Shown: positions 1-13,658, numbered from the stretch's first letter. The stretch is DNA of 64,000 nucleotides from Blasia pusilla (GCA_050084515.1 CM114271.1:10664001-10728000); one strand, 5' to 3'. Program-made: numbers and translations. The notes: a model not told the origin generated them from the letters alone.

Positions 1-1475
1 AAACAGGCGCTTAAAAAAATCTTACGAGTTGTTTACATCAATATTGAGTGCAGAAAATGTTCCTTATATGCCAGCTTGTGCAGCTATGTTTTGTTGGTTG
101 GATTTGCGATATCTACTGCCTGAGGTATGCTTGCGTGCAACTCTTCCAAAGTGCTCATGATGTACGTATGAACAATTTAATAATTTTTTTTCTAATTCCA
201 GAATTTAATGGCATCATTGAGAACAAGTTGTCTCAGAAAAGCCATTTTCTAAAAGAACTTTGTTGTAGAGTTCTCCAATGTTGTATAACTTCGTTTCTAC
301 TTTTTTATTACATTGTTGTTAGCCATCAACAGTGATCATGGGTGCTATTCTACTATTTAGACTGATGGCATTGCTGTAGAAAGAAATTGGTCAGAAGACT
401 GTTTCTGGTTTGTACATTTTAAAGAGTTCATACCTCCAAAAAACGGTTAGGTCTAATTTTATGTGGTAATGAACTATTGATGAGTACAGATGTAAATTTA
501 CTAATTTGACTAGGTGGTGACATGACTGGACCATCAAACTAGTTGCAATAGAAATTTTGGTTAATATATCTTAAAGAAATCTTGTGAAGGTCAGGCCTAT
601 TGCTTCTCACTGAGTTGGCTGACTGAAAGTCAGCCACTAATTCATCACTTGAATAGATTTGAAAAAAGCTCCGACAAGGCAATGGCTCTAACCTGCGAAC
701 ACCTGAGTTGCTTATAAGATATGGATGATAATGATTGTTACAGCCTACATTTGAAGCTGAAGATCGATTGTGGAAGGAGATCCGGGATGAATGTCGAATT
801 ATTCTCACCCCAGGTCAGTAATTTTTCTTGACCAGTTCATTCAATCAAATCTTCGACTTTTACTGGCAGAAGCACTATGAAGCTGCACTTGGCTGAAATG
901 TATCATTTTGTTGGCTGCCATGATGGTGTCGAAAGGGGTATGCTTGAAGATAGTAAATCTGAGATGAGATATTACTGCAGATCTTTTATTAAAATAACTT
1001 TGAACTAGATTGCAGTAGGTTCAGGTGGTAGTAGTGTCCAAGAAAACTGACCTTAGGTTAATGGGAGAAAATTGGTTTTGCTTAATATTTCATTGCATAG
1101 CAGTTGATCATTAAAGCAAAGACCTTCAGTATTGTATGTGTGTTCTAGCATGTGCTCTCTCGTTCTTTCTACATTGGGCTATGAGGAACTCCTCGGTCCT
1201 TGCTAGGGAGTGCTTGAGATGTGGACCCTTCACCTGATCTAGCTTGGAATGGACCACTTGCAAAAACTTTGAAATGATCACTCCTTTTGCCTAGTAACTT
1301 TTTTTTGGGCCTTGATCACGCAGGAAAGGCCTGCCATTATGCAGAACCTGGTTTTTTTCGAAGCTGCTATGCATCGATGCCAATAGAGCATCTTAAAGTG
1401 GCAACTGAGCGCTTGACTGACTTTGCCAGAAGAAAGCGGAGAAAAAGGAAGGCAGAGCAAGATAGTACAGGTTAA
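1..1475 (+). CDS. ACS: 3' end (last three exons: <1-124, 744-813, 1324-1475) of an ACC-synthase-like PLP-dependent class I/II aminotransferase
   Basis: Joining exons at GT..AG (GT 125 / AG 742-743; GT 814 / AG 1322-1323) keeps the frame: NRRLKKSYELFTSILSAENVPYMPACAAMFCWLDLRYLLPE-PTFEAEDRLWKEIRDECRIILTPG-KACHYAEPGFFRSCYASM...stop 1475. This matches the ACS C-terminal pattern (AGLFCWVDLR...TFEAE..LW...ISPG.SCHC.EPGWFR.CFAN). Enzymatic activity cannot be inferred. Confidence 0.85.
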
Positions 1476-2099
1476 ATCCGCAAAGTATGTAATTATTATG
1501 AGGTGGCCTCGATTTGATTTTCGTGAAGGGTTCGTCATACCCCTTATCTCTCACGGTTTATACAAGGCACGGTTGTACTCTGGAAAATTTAGAGCACAAT
1601 TCTTGAAATAGTTTCAAATGCCCACAAGTGGAGTGAAATATCCGTTGTACATGTGATGTATTGTCTAATTGCTTGACAATGTTGTCACACCAAATTTGTG
1701 AGACAAGAATTAAACATTTCATACAAAGCACAAATATAAATTGTATCTTCATGGCACTTCCTGCGAATCCACTTTTGTGGAGTCGTCATTTGTCTTGACC
1801 TGCTAAAATATCATTCTGTGCAGTCCCAGTTTTCTCGTACAGGAAGGTCATTCCATATCTGTGTTTGGTGTTTCTGTACTTCTTCTAACAGATCTCTTAT
1901 TGCTTAGGCACATCGTGTACATGTATGTCTAGTCTTATTGGTGTAGTTTAGAAGTTTGGCTCTGTCAAGCTTGGGCTGAAAATACGGATGAGAATCAAAT
2001 ATTATGTGAAAAATTTTATACATAGCATATGTGTCGCATCATGTGTAATCTCACACTCCTCTATTCAGAGGGTGTTCAGGTTGAGATTCTAACTAAACT

Positions 2100-2380
2100 G
2101 TCAGGAAGACAGGTATTAATGTCCATAGCCATGGACAGAGGTTACATGCAACATAAAAGTTTTTCGTAATTCTAGAGTTGAGCTGCTTTGTTCTAGTTCA
2201 TGTGACGTGAGTCTCTCAAAGAAAGGTATTAAGTTCCATAGCCATCAACAGAGGTTGCATGATATGTCAGTTAGAGTTAATCAAAATTCTTGATTTGAGC
2301 TGCTTTGTCCCAGTTCATTAGATCTGAATGTCATGAAGAAAGGTATGAAGTTCTCTAGCCATTGACTGAGGTTTCATGGT
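2100..2380. repeat. Degenerate tandem repeat, three units of about 115 bp
   Basis: Core GA(A/C)AGGTATtAAgTtCcaTAGCCAT..AC.GAGGTT.CATG recurs at about 2108, 2221 and 2338. Confidence 0.6.
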
Positions 2381-4426
2381 ACGTCAGTAAGATTTTATTG
2401 CAAGTCGAACTTTGTTGTGGCTTATTGGACGAAGCTTGGCCTCTATACTGGTGCCTAGAGTAGACAAGATTGGGCGTGAGCAGAGGTGGTATTTTTTTCT
2501 CATATTTAGCAAGTAAAGCACATGCATTCTTACTCTTTGGGAGGAGGATCATGGAAGAAAAGATTGAGGATTGTTGAAGGTTTTGCTTGTAACTATTTCA
2601 ATTGTGTTCCAATCTTTTCAATGTAAAATTCAATCTGTTCATCTTTTGTTTGGGTTCTTTTTTTTTTTACTTAAGTTGGGGTTTTCCAAAGTTCTTGGGA
2701 TCTTTGGACTTCCTTCTCCCTCGAGTATGTTCATAGATTCCTAAATGCAGTTTTCTTATGAAGTGAATACGGGTTACAACCAACTCAAGTGTTTTCCCTT
2801 GCTTTTTTCCATCTTTTCTCCTGGTTGGGTCTAACATTATGATCTTATTCCCTCACATCAGTCATGGGTGGGTGGCTTTCACTTTCTCCTCACACGTTCT
2901 TTTTTGTTGTTGTCAATTCAATCCGTAACTTTCTCCATGGTTGTGTTTGGTCTTATTTGAATTGTCTGTTCACAATAAGAAGGTTTTCTAGTTTTTCTTC
3001 CATCTCCATAGGCGTATGTTTTTGTGTGCTAGTTTGTTTTAGTTGAATTCCTCTCAAACGTGTTCCTTGGTCTTTCAACAATTTACCTAATTGGTTCGCC
3101 CTTCCCTACGTTTGCTATCTTCTTGAGAGCATTATAAATTCATGTTCTCGAGCCAGATCTTTCAATACCATATAGGTCATTTTGCCTTTTTAATCATAAA
3201 TTCGTTGATGTCTAATCCTATCATCTCCATCTAAATACATTTTGGACGGGTTTCACGACTTTTATTATGGTCGCTTTCCTCATGCTTTCACAAAATCATG
3301 GTTTATGTCTTTTCTTGTCTTCAATGACTTGCCTTCCTTCGCTTGATTTAAAGACGGAGTTGGATAATCCATCTACTCGTTTCTTTGGTTTTACACGCCC
3401 TCCTACGATTGTAACTTTTCCTCGTGTTCCCTCTTCTAATCATAGATCTTGTCACATTCCTCCATATACTAATTCACCCATTACAATCGCTAGATTTCTT
3501 TTATATGCTCATCTTCTTCCCTTTTTGTATGTGTTTATTGAGCCTAATCTTGATCCATTACTATCGAATCCAACTATTTTGTCATCCTCATATATCTCAT
3601 TTGTACCCTTGCTTCCAATTCATATCTTTTTTATCTTTATCTCCCCTTTCCCTCGTCCTTCCCCAACCTACTTATCCCCTCAATTGTCATCTACTACTAT
3701 CTCGTCTTTGTGTAACCTCTCTATTTTTATGTCAAAGGTTCGTTGCATACCTTGTGGTGAGGAGTTTGCTCCTAATGGGATAAAAAAAAATCAACGATAT
3801 TTTCGATTCATACATAGACCTTTAATTCCTAATCCGATACCATCTCCTACTACGCCCCCCACAACAACTCTTTGGATTTGGTTAAGCCAAATTGATCTCC
3901 TTCACTCTTTCTATTAATGTCTTCCTTGTTCTAGACTCTACATTCACATTCCTATTGCCCCATCATCCATCAAGTATTGTTTTTCCTATTACAAAGATTA
4001 GCACGTGATCCCACAAATATCAATGTTTGGTTTCTCTTATTACTTTTCGTCTTAGGATTTCATATAAAATTGTTTGATATCTAAAATCTTTCTCCCATTA
4101 TTTTTTAGAACAATGGTTAGTTCTATAAACCATATGTCATGCACATCGTTGATCACATCCATACCACAAAACATCAATATTCCCAACACACGAGTAGTTC
4201 CACATGCATACAAAAAGAAACTCTTGTGTATCCACATTGAGATCGCATAACAAAATTGAAGTATAAATGGCTTACATAGCCAACTCCACGCTCAAATCTA
4301 CATCAACATATTGAGTCACATCAATCCTCTACTATGAGTGGATCCGAATGCTAGCACCATAGTTCCTACCATATATCAGTAAGAGAGGTGCTCTAAAGGC
4401 CCAATATTATGGTTGAAAAAAAGGAA

Positions 4427-4720
4427 AAGGTTGTTTAGGATGTCCTCTTGTAATCCATGTTCATGGACATGGATTATAAGATGTGGGGCCCGTACTTATA
4501 ATTTATGATGGAAGGTGGGGCAATAAGGTGAGAGGAAGTGGAGGTGGAGGTGGAGGTGGAGGGAGGAAGAAACGTGAAAATATGGAACATGAAGGCAAGT
4601 GGGGGGAATGAAAAAGAAGCGGAAGGTGGGATCCATATGGGCAAGTCCTTCCATAGTACGGACATAAGTTTACGGACATGGATATGTCCACGGACACAGA
4701 CTTTGTCCATATACAACCTT
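4427..4720. mobile_element. MITE-like element, about 295 bp (second copy at 63378-63696)
   Basis: Ends AAGGTTG...CAACCTT are inverted; the internal sequence (GTGGG.CCCG.ACTTATAATT.ATG.TGGAAGG...CCATATGG.CAAGTCCTTCCATAG.ACGGACATAAGT) is shared with 63378-63696. Confidence 0.65.
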
Positions 4721-4974
4721 GCCCAATATGAAAGATGTCTTAAGAAAGTCATCTTCCTCCCTCTTATAACCTTGGGAAGAGCCAAAAAAACTCTTCTCCT
4801 TGTCGTGTGCATACACATCGCTGTCATCGAACACACATAAAACACACACGATCTTATGCGAACTCATGGCATCCAAACATAAAGACAAGAAGTACCAAAA
4901 TATCTCCAATAAATCCAATAAATCAAGTAGATCTCGTACAAACTCTCCATGGTGCACACAAATCTCTCTAACTA

Positions 4975-5082
4975 TCACTCTCTCATTCTCTCACTCACTC
5001 ACTCACTCACTCACTCACTCACTCACTCACTCACTCACTCACTCACTCACTCACTCACTCACTCACTCACTCACTCACTCAC

Positions 5083-5132
<50 letters not shown>
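4975..5132. repeat. Compound microsatellite (TCAC)n-(TC)n
   Basis: Directly visible. Confidence 0.97.
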
Positions 5133-5134
<2 letters not shown>

Positions 5135-5629
5135 GTCAAACCAAACCCGCTCTCCTAATGAGAGGCTTGGGTTACACATATAAGGCAAGGAGGACCATAG
5201 TGCTGCCACTTCATGCCAAGAGGTTTAACAAAGAGAGAATGAGGTTTCAAGCTCTCTCTCTTGGAAGTATACCCCCTTCCTTCTCCCAAGCTCTCTCCAC
5301 GTTAACCTATGCTCGTAGGTCACCTGCTATGGCTCTTGACCTACTGTAGGGGGTCAAGGGCCACTTCCCGAAATGGAGAGAAAACTAAATATATCACAAA
5401 TTTTGACAAATATGGTCATTTAGAAAACCCGGTTTTGTTCTGATATGATTATTAGCACACTAGGACATAGTGTAATGGGAGTACAACTAAGGTTTTACTC
5501 TCTATCTAAACCATGTTTATGACTTAGGGTTTAAAGTTTATAGCTTCGGGTGTAATATTTATGTCTTAGCGTGGATGGTTGAGGGTTTAGATTAATAACA
5601 TTTCGCTTACTTCCTTAAGTTAGTATTCA

Positions 5630-6290
5630 CTTAGGGCTTAGGGTTTTTGGCTAAGGATTTAGGGTTCAGAGTTTATGGCCTAGGATTTAGGGTTTATGAT
5701 TTTTGGCTTAGGGCTTAGGGTTTAGGGTTTTTGGTTTATGGCTTAGGATTTAGGGTTCAGGGTTTATGGCCTAGGATTTAGGGTTTATGATTTTTGGCTT
5801 AGGGTTTAGGGTTTTTGGCTTAGGATTTAGGGTTTATGGCTTAGGTTCTAGGGTTTAGGGTGTTTGGCTTAGGGATTAGGGTTTTTTGCTTAAGGCTTAG
5901 GATTTTTGGCTTAGGGTTTAGGATTTTTGGCTTAGGGTTTAGGATTTATGGCTTAGAGCTAATGGTTTATGGCTTAGGTTCTAGGGTTTAGGGTGTTTGG
6001 CTTAGGGATTAGGGTTTTTGGCTTAAGGCTTAGGATTTTTGGCTTAGGGTTTAGGGCATTGGATTTATGGTTTATGGCTTAGGTTTTAAGGTTTAGGATT
6101 TTTGGCTTAGGGTTTAGGGTTTATAGCTTAGGGTTGAGCGTTGATGGCTTAGGGTTTAGGGTTTAGTGTTTACGGTCTAGGCTTCAACAAAGGGTTCCTG
6201 ATTTTGGGCTAGGGCTTAGTGTTTAGGGTGTAGGTTTTAGGCTTATTTATCCCTTAGGGCTTATGGTTTGAAGGGTTTAGGGTTTAAGAT
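5630..6290 (+). repeat. Degenerate interstitial telomere-like array (TTTAGGG with CTTAGGG/TTTATGG/TTTTTGG variants)
   Basis: About 660 bp of plant-type telomere motif and variants, G-rich on the + strand. Confidence 0.85.
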
Positions 6291-6793
6291 AAATGATATG
6301 TTAAAGGTTTTAAACTAATAGGTTTTGGGACTTACTATGATATAGAGTGTAGTCTTACTTAAGAAAACCCAATTTTCATCTAAAGTCTAAATGGATGAAT
6401 TATACTACATGGTGCAAGTTGGAGCATGATACTAAACAAGAAAATTTAAATTGGGAATAACATGAAATCCGATTCAAACAGTGAAAGCTTCTACACAACC
6501 ATTTATTCAATAATCTCATACCATATGTAGAAATATAAAGAAACTTTATAAAATCAAGTGATGACTTTGAATAATATTTCATTAAATTATAATAAAGGCT
6601 TACAATAATTTTTTTGTTGTTAGTCATCTCTACCTTCTAGTACTAGGTTAGTGCCAAAAGTTATTCTAGGCTTTACAAAATTAGCCACATCAATGGGAAT
6701 ACTCAGTAGTCCACCCTCTATTGCATATGTTGAATTAGCGAAAGGTGCTATAAGATGTGGATATAACATTGGTTTTTTACTACTATTCTTCTT

Positions 6794-9700
6794 CTATTTT
6801 TTTACATCCGATTTTTTATATCTCCTACTTGGGGCTATGTTCCCTCTTCCGAATATATTCAATGACCACCAATAGTGAATTCTGAAATTTGTATCTTCAC
6901 CAACTCCAACTAGAACTTGTCCCATCCATACGGGATATTTGTTTCTTTCTTGTCCTAGTCTAATTATGACAAAGTCTCCAACATTGAAATCTGCCAATGC
7001 AACTTCTGTTTCCTCCATTTATAACATATCAACTCTAGGCCTGAATCTAGCGAACCCACAATAGTGATCTCGATTTGGAGGAATTCCACTTCCAAAGACA
7101 ATAGGAACTTGAGTGTTCCGTTTGGTTAGAGGCCAAAATTTTTCCAATGTCATAGAGAACGATGAAGCGATGTCATGGGCTATCAAACTGGTGCTATTAT
7201 TGGTAGAAGAATCTTCATTTGATGTTGTCTTGTGATTTAATCACAGGTTTTGAACCTTGTCCTTAGGGTTTCCATGAGGAAACAATCGGTCCAATTCCTC
7301 AATCTTCTTCCTCCACTGCCGTGCTAGTTGTTGGAACTCCACCTTTGTGCCTTTGGAAGACTTGTTTCCCATCTTATCAAAGTACTTAATGCACTGAGAT
7401 ACATCTTTCTTCACATTGGAAAATGCCTTCAAGGGTGTGGGCAGTAAGTGCTTTGGATGACAAATAGGGATAAGAGGATGTCCAGTAATTTCATGACGTA
7501 AAAATACGTCATACTCACGCTCATTCGGCAGTCACTCTTTATCGGAACCATAAATCTTGTAATGCATGATGGGCATATGATCCAAAGATCTAGTAAATTG
7601 GAATTGACATGGCTTGTACAGTCCATACCACTGATTTTTCTTCTTAGGCCCGATGAAACCTTTCAAGTACTCCTTGAAGTCGGGATGTCCTAAACCACTT
7701 GTGGTGCTGGATTCGGTGAGGTGGAGCTAAAATTAAAACTGTGTCGCAAGATCTTTCAAGGTGTATGAATTGTGTTGTCGCAAAGTTCCCGAAACATAAT
7801 ATCAATATCTTCGTGAGTGTGTCCAAGGATGAGAAAAACCAAGTGAATCTCTTCGAATACCTCCTTGTGAACTAGAAGGGCCAAGTATGCCATGACGTAA
7901 ATATTTTTGTTATCTTTTCCAGAGTTATCCATTTGTAGATTTAGAATCTTAGGCGATTTCCTTGGTCCCTCTTCGGCAAACTCCGTGAGCCTATAAGCTA
8001 CACGGAGTAATCCATCAAGCTTTTCCCTCCCTTTTAAGAATAGATTGTGAAGTGGAGTTAGGTCATGCTCGTCCAAGAATTCTTGTATTTCACCGCGTGG
8101 GTTTTCCAAACTCTAAAAAAACTTTGCCAATGATCTAATTGTCCAATTAGATCCCTGCTTATAGACTCCTATGTCAAATTGAGCAATTGCACACGGTCCA
8201 TGCCCATGAGTCAAGATACCTGCAATAAGAAAAAAGTAAGTAAAAGTTAATTCAACTTAATATTCAAGTACCCTAAAGAAGGTACCGTTTCTCCAAACTG
8301 GGTACTTGCGGCAAGTAACACATGCGTCTGTAAGTTGCATTAGGCAAGAAATATAAGAAATGTAACGCTATGTAAGAACTTCAGTTCCAATTAATGGATC
8401 CGGTATAGATCAATCTCTTTCTCCTTAGGGAATTTTTTTGGGTATGGAGTAAAAATGGGAACTTAAGTCCTATTATGTGAGCGACGACAAGATAGCCCTA
8501 TGGAAATGCTAACTGTCACCTACATCCTAAACCATTTTCTAGTATAATGGAGTGTTATTTTGCAATATTTACCCGTACAAGTAATTGGAAACGGTTGAGC
8601 CAGAGCCAAGTATTTAGTTTGTTGCCACGCTCTTAGCAAGCCTATTTTGAAACTATCCATTTTGTCGTGGATTAGGCAAAGATAAGACTCGAGATGACGC
8701 ACAAATTCTACTCGCCAAGTGTAATATAAACTCCTTTGAGACCTTTGCAAGTAATGTTGTTCGACTACACGTTCCTTAACAACAACCTTCTCCTCTTTTG
8801 TCGATGCACTATTTCCCAGAGACTTCAACATTGCACAGGTCGCACAACGAAAAAAGTTATCACATGATTTATGAATAGAAATATTGGAGAAATACTAATT
8901 TTTGATTTGACTGATAGTTGATTGTGAATCTACCGCTAATCCCAATTTCCCTCCTTCCTTACTAACTACTTCTCGTATATACTTCCAGGAGAAAAATTGA
9001 GGCAACCGAATCAATTCCTCTCTTCTCCCATTTGACATTGTTCTTTCCTTGTGGGACATCCGATCTCCACTCTCCTCAATTATCAGCTTTACCGTTTCCA
9101 CCGCTTGCACCATCCTCAAGGTTATGCAATTTTTTCCAAGGTTCCCATGCCTTGTCCTCGTCTTGCCATCTCTGACATTTCTTACTTCGTCCTCAAAGCT
9201 CGTTTTTCCAAGAACGTGGATCTGTCGCCAACCTGGGAGGTACACGGTCGCACATCGTTCTACCTTCCAATTGCAAAACCCTTTGTTCGTCAATGAAGTA
9301 AGACGAATGGACCATGGCGTGGAGTGATTCCCTTCTTTCCTGAAAGGATTTGTTCCAATACTTCTCTTTGCTTGAACGAACAAAATCTCCCGGCGTATAT
9401 TGGGCAACATAATTGTCCAAAATAGTTTTTTGACGCCACTTGTGATATATCTTCCTCTCTTAGGGTTTTTTTTGTTTTGGTGGCTATTGGTAGACATCGA
9501 TTTTTACACCAAGGAGTGTACATGTAAGCTCTCTTTTGCTTGCCTGTTATTGCTTCAACAGCCCCTTGGGACACAGTTGAACACTCCAAGTAGCGTGTCC
9601 ATAAGTCTCGTCCATCTTCAACAATACAGGATGTCGTAGGCCATATGACTAAGTTCCTTTCAAGAACCTTGTGGCGTGCAAGATAGCTGGTGATGTTGAT

Positions 9701-10470
9701 AACGAATATGCCAACACGGTGATCTCCAAGTCTTTGACCACCAACTTTGTCATTTGGATTGGCGTAGTGAACAATTCCCTCTCCTATAATTATTACATCC
9801 ATCATTCTTTGTAAGTTGCACCGATAAAAGGACTGATTCCATACGACCAATCATAGGAACCACAACTTGGATGTCGGTGGAGGTATTGTAGGCTGAGTGC
9901 TTTCTCTTCCTAATATCCATGGTATCATTGTATTTTTCTATAATAAGATATCTTGGATATTTTATAAACATTCCCACCATATCTTGTAGCCTTCTTCCAT
10001 CGACATGGGTAGTTGGTTTGTAGTATGACTCATTAATTATTACGCACACCCACACGGTTGCTGTTGGTCGTCAAAGAAGGACATAGGTTGGATCTCTTTG
10101 AATCGAAGCTTTCGGCAACATGCCCTGAATCAATAAGAAGCTCTAATCCCTTCGAATCTTTTAAGAAAATTGTCTTTGAATATTGTGTGGGACAATGAGG
10201 CCTTCATTCCACATCCTCACGTCCACCACATGTATTAGTTGTTGTAACTCCATTACGAGGCCATGTAATGAATGCTCCAATGAAATCAGACAGAGATTCT
10301 CCATTGTAACTCTTTGATGAACTTCCGAAGACTTCCTCTAGAGACATGTACAAGGAGTCCTTACCAAGTGGTATGATGTGGACTATTCTCTTGGGATGGG
10401 TGTCCAAAATTCTAGCTCTTCCAACGGAGATGGATGATCCATCCTATACATACACTATATTACTACATCA
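6794..10470 (-). pseudogene. Decayed DDE DNA transposase of the Sola-like/DUF7869 type, with one intron (8220-8572)
   Basis: Minus-strand fragments: CATC (~8850), IHDKMD (~8665), spliced ITCT-GILTHGHG (GT 8572-8571, AG 8221-8220), LNLQMDNSGKDNKN..FLILGHTHEDIDIMF (7756-8109) and C-terminal VGDFVIIR..YPVWMG (6794-7018). Multiple stops and frameshifts. The superfamily call is tentative. Confidence 0.7.
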
Positions 10471-10589
10471 CTTATGCAGAATTCCATTGCATAAATCTAA
10501 AATCTACACCATAACATCAAAGTGCCAATTAATTGTTAGCCATACACCGAATGGAAAGTGGGGCAGAATAGTAATCATCTTATTGCACA

Positions 10590-12960
10590 AGGCAAATTGG
10601 ACCTTAACATCCAATCGAGTAGAATAGTAACCTCTAGGGTGTGTCGGATTGAAACTCTCGTTCCAAATGTGGCGACATGCCATCCACCTAATAAAGTCAA
10701 CAGAAAGTTCAAAAAAACTTGCTTTGCACCTCTATCGCGATTATGTGAATCGTGGCTTATCAGTTAAGAAGAAATGTGGATTTTTCGATGACAAGCACGC
10801 GGAGGTCCCATTGTCCTTAATTCAGATCTTAAGATCCGATTGAAGGGTCATTGGACTGTGGGCGAATTGGACCTTAAGATCCAATCGAAATGAATGGCAA
10901 CCTCTAGGATATGTCCGATTGGAACTCTAGCTCCGAATGTTGCGAGGAGCCATCCACCTAATAAAGTCAGTAGAGAGTTGAAGAAAACATGCTTTACGCC
11001 TCTATTGCGATTATGTGAATCGTGGATTATGTGTTAAAAAGAAATGTGGACTGTCCGCTGAGAGGCACGCCGAGGTCTGAATGACCTTCAATCAGATCTT
11101 AAGATCCGATATAAGGGTCAGTGGACAATGGGCGAATTGGATCTTAAGATCCAATCGAGAAGGATGGATCTTAAGGTCCACTCTTAAGCAGAGAAAAGCG
11201 TCAGCCTCTAGGGTAGTTCTTTGATTGGAACTATAGTACCAAATGTTCCTAATAAAATTAGGAGATAGTTTGCAAGCCTAAAGGCCAAGATTCTCTCACT
11301 TGGAGGTAATTGGGAACTGTAGTTCCGAATGACCTTCAAACGGATCTTAAGATCCCATTTGAAAGAACATCGGGCGCCTCTCCGCGAGATGGGAACACAC
11401 AACTTCCAGCGATACTCGAAACTTCCGCTAACAAGCATGCAAAGGTCCAACCAAATATCCTTAATTCGGATCTTAAGATCCGATTGAAGGGTCACTAGAC
11501 TCTGGGCAAATTGGACATTAAGATCCAATCAGGATGAATGGAAACCTCTAGGGTAAGTGATTGTAAGTCCGATTGGAACTCTTGTTCCAAATATTGCGAG
11601 GAGCCATCCACCTAATAAAGTCAGCAGAGAGTTGAAAAAAACTTGCTTTGCATCTCTATGGCAATTCTGTGAATCGTGGATTATCTGTTAAGAAGAAACA
11701 TGGATTGTCAGCCAACAAGCACGCGGAGGTCCAAATGTCCTTAATTCGGATCTTAAGATCCGATCGAAGGGTCACTGGATTGTGGGTAATTTGGACTTTA
11801 AGATCCAATCGGGATGAATAGCAACCTCTAGGGTATGTTCGATTGGAACTCTGGTTTCGAATGTTGCGAGAGCCATCCACCTAATAAAGTGAGGAGAGAG
11901 TTGAAAAACCTGCTTTGCGCCTCTATGGCGATTCTGTGAATCGTGAGTTACCTATTAAGAAGAAATATGGACTATCCGGTGACAAGAACGCGAAGGTCTG
12001 AAAGTCCTTAATTCGGATCTAAAGATCCGATCGAAGGGTCACAGGACTGTGGGCGAATTGGACCTTAAGATCCAATCGAGATGAATGGAAACCTCTAGGG
12101 TATGTCCGATTGGAACTCTGGTTCCGAATGCCGCGAAGAGCCATCCACCTAATAAAGTCAGCAGAGAGTTGAAAAAAACCTGCTTTGCGCCTCTATGGAA
12201 ATTTTGTGAATTTTGGATTATGTGTTAAGAAGAAATGTGGACTTTCCGTTGACAGGCACGTGGAGGTCCGAATGACCTTCAATCGGATCTTAATATCCAA
12301 TATAAGGATCATTGGACAATGGGCGAATTGGACCTAAGATCCACTTGGGAAGAGTGATTCTTAAGGTCCACTCTTAAGCAGAGAAAAGCGTTAGCCTCTA
12401 GGGTAGTTATCCGACTGGAACTATAGTTATGAATATTCCTAATAAAGTCAGAAGAGAGTTTGCAAGCCTGAAAGCCAAGATTCTCTCACTTGGAGGTGAT
12501 TAGGAACTGTAGTTCCGAATGACCTTCAAACGGATCTTAAGATCCCATTTGAAAGAACATCGGGCGCCTCTCTGCGAGAGACGGGAATGGACAACTTGCC
12601 ACCTGGCTCGCAAACTCTCATCTGACTTTCTTAGGTGCATGTCACCTCGACACATTCGGATCTATAGTTCCAATCAGAGAAATATCCTTGAGGGCCACAC
12701 TTTTCTTGAGTCAAGCTCTCGATTGGATCTTAATGTCCTATTCGGATCTTAAGATCTGATTTTGGCGATCATCATGCACGAATGCCTGATTCGAAACTAT
12801 GGTTCCAACTAGATATCTTTTCAATGGGCGTCATGCATGTACGAGAGCCCAATTAGAACTCAAGTTCTGAATGAGTCTCGGCAATTTTGTGAAAGTAGAC
12901 TGGCCGATTCAAGTGGAATTGGATCTTCAGATCCAATTCACGCTATGGAGCTTTGCCCAA
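10590..12960. repeat. Tandem array of about 270-bp units carrying GGATCTTAAGATCC-type palindromes, with a higher-order duplication (about 10860-11390 vs about 12050-12590)
   Basis: CCATCCACCTAATAAAGT recurs at about 10680, 10950, 11604, 11873 and 12141; perfect palindromes at 11136-11155, 11466-11483 and 11746-11763. Confidence 0.9.
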
Positions 12961-13658
12961 AAACCGTGTGTAGGGTTACACCTATCTGACGTGGTTGGAT
13001 ATAATTTGTACTGCACCTACGACTATGGTCAAATTAAAGTCTAATGTCTATTCCTCTATAAATATATTCCAAAAAAAAAATACTGGAAAACACAAATTAC
13101 AGAGTTTGCGTCACACTTACATGATTATTTGAATGGTGATTCGACTCTGTATCAGGACGATCTGCTTATCAAGCGACGATGATGAAGCAATAATTGAAGT
13201 CACAAATTGATTTGTTGGATTAGTGGAGGCCACCATGAGAGGGGAAATTTATATGGGTAGAGACCCTAAGTGGAATCAATTATGAAAGGATAGATGGTCC
13301 AAAAGAGGAAAAAATAGATGACTTATGTGTAGAGCCCGTCAAGAGGTTCAATTCATAAGCTTACGATATGCGAAGGCCTGACGTCTCAAGACCATGGTTA
13401 CGATTGTGATCATGTGGTATAACGTTGTTATGGATTGAAGAGAACAGACAGAGAGGGACAGAGGACATTGGGATACTAGGCTCCCGAGGTTGGGTTGATA
13501 GAGGAATGAGGAAAAAACCGTTCTAATGGAATGAGCGAGGAATATATAGGATTCCAACCAAAGTCAGTTTAAGGTGATCGATCCGTGCCCTTTCATCAAT
13601 CTTAGCCATTGGTTTTCATAACTAATTGAGGAGTGGCTCGGATGATTTCGACATATGC

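Noticed and set aside
3267-3917. 216-aa ORF on the + strand; possible LINE remnant on the minus strand (2640-4200)
   Set aside because: The ORF reflects pyrimidine-rich composition and has no motif; the minus strand is purine-rich but I could not read convincing endonuclease or RT motifs.
4800-5183. ORFs with HSLT/SL repeats
   Set aside because: Microsatellite translation.
5630-6290. True chromosome end
   Set aside because: Highly degenerate and flanked by ordinary sequence on both sides.
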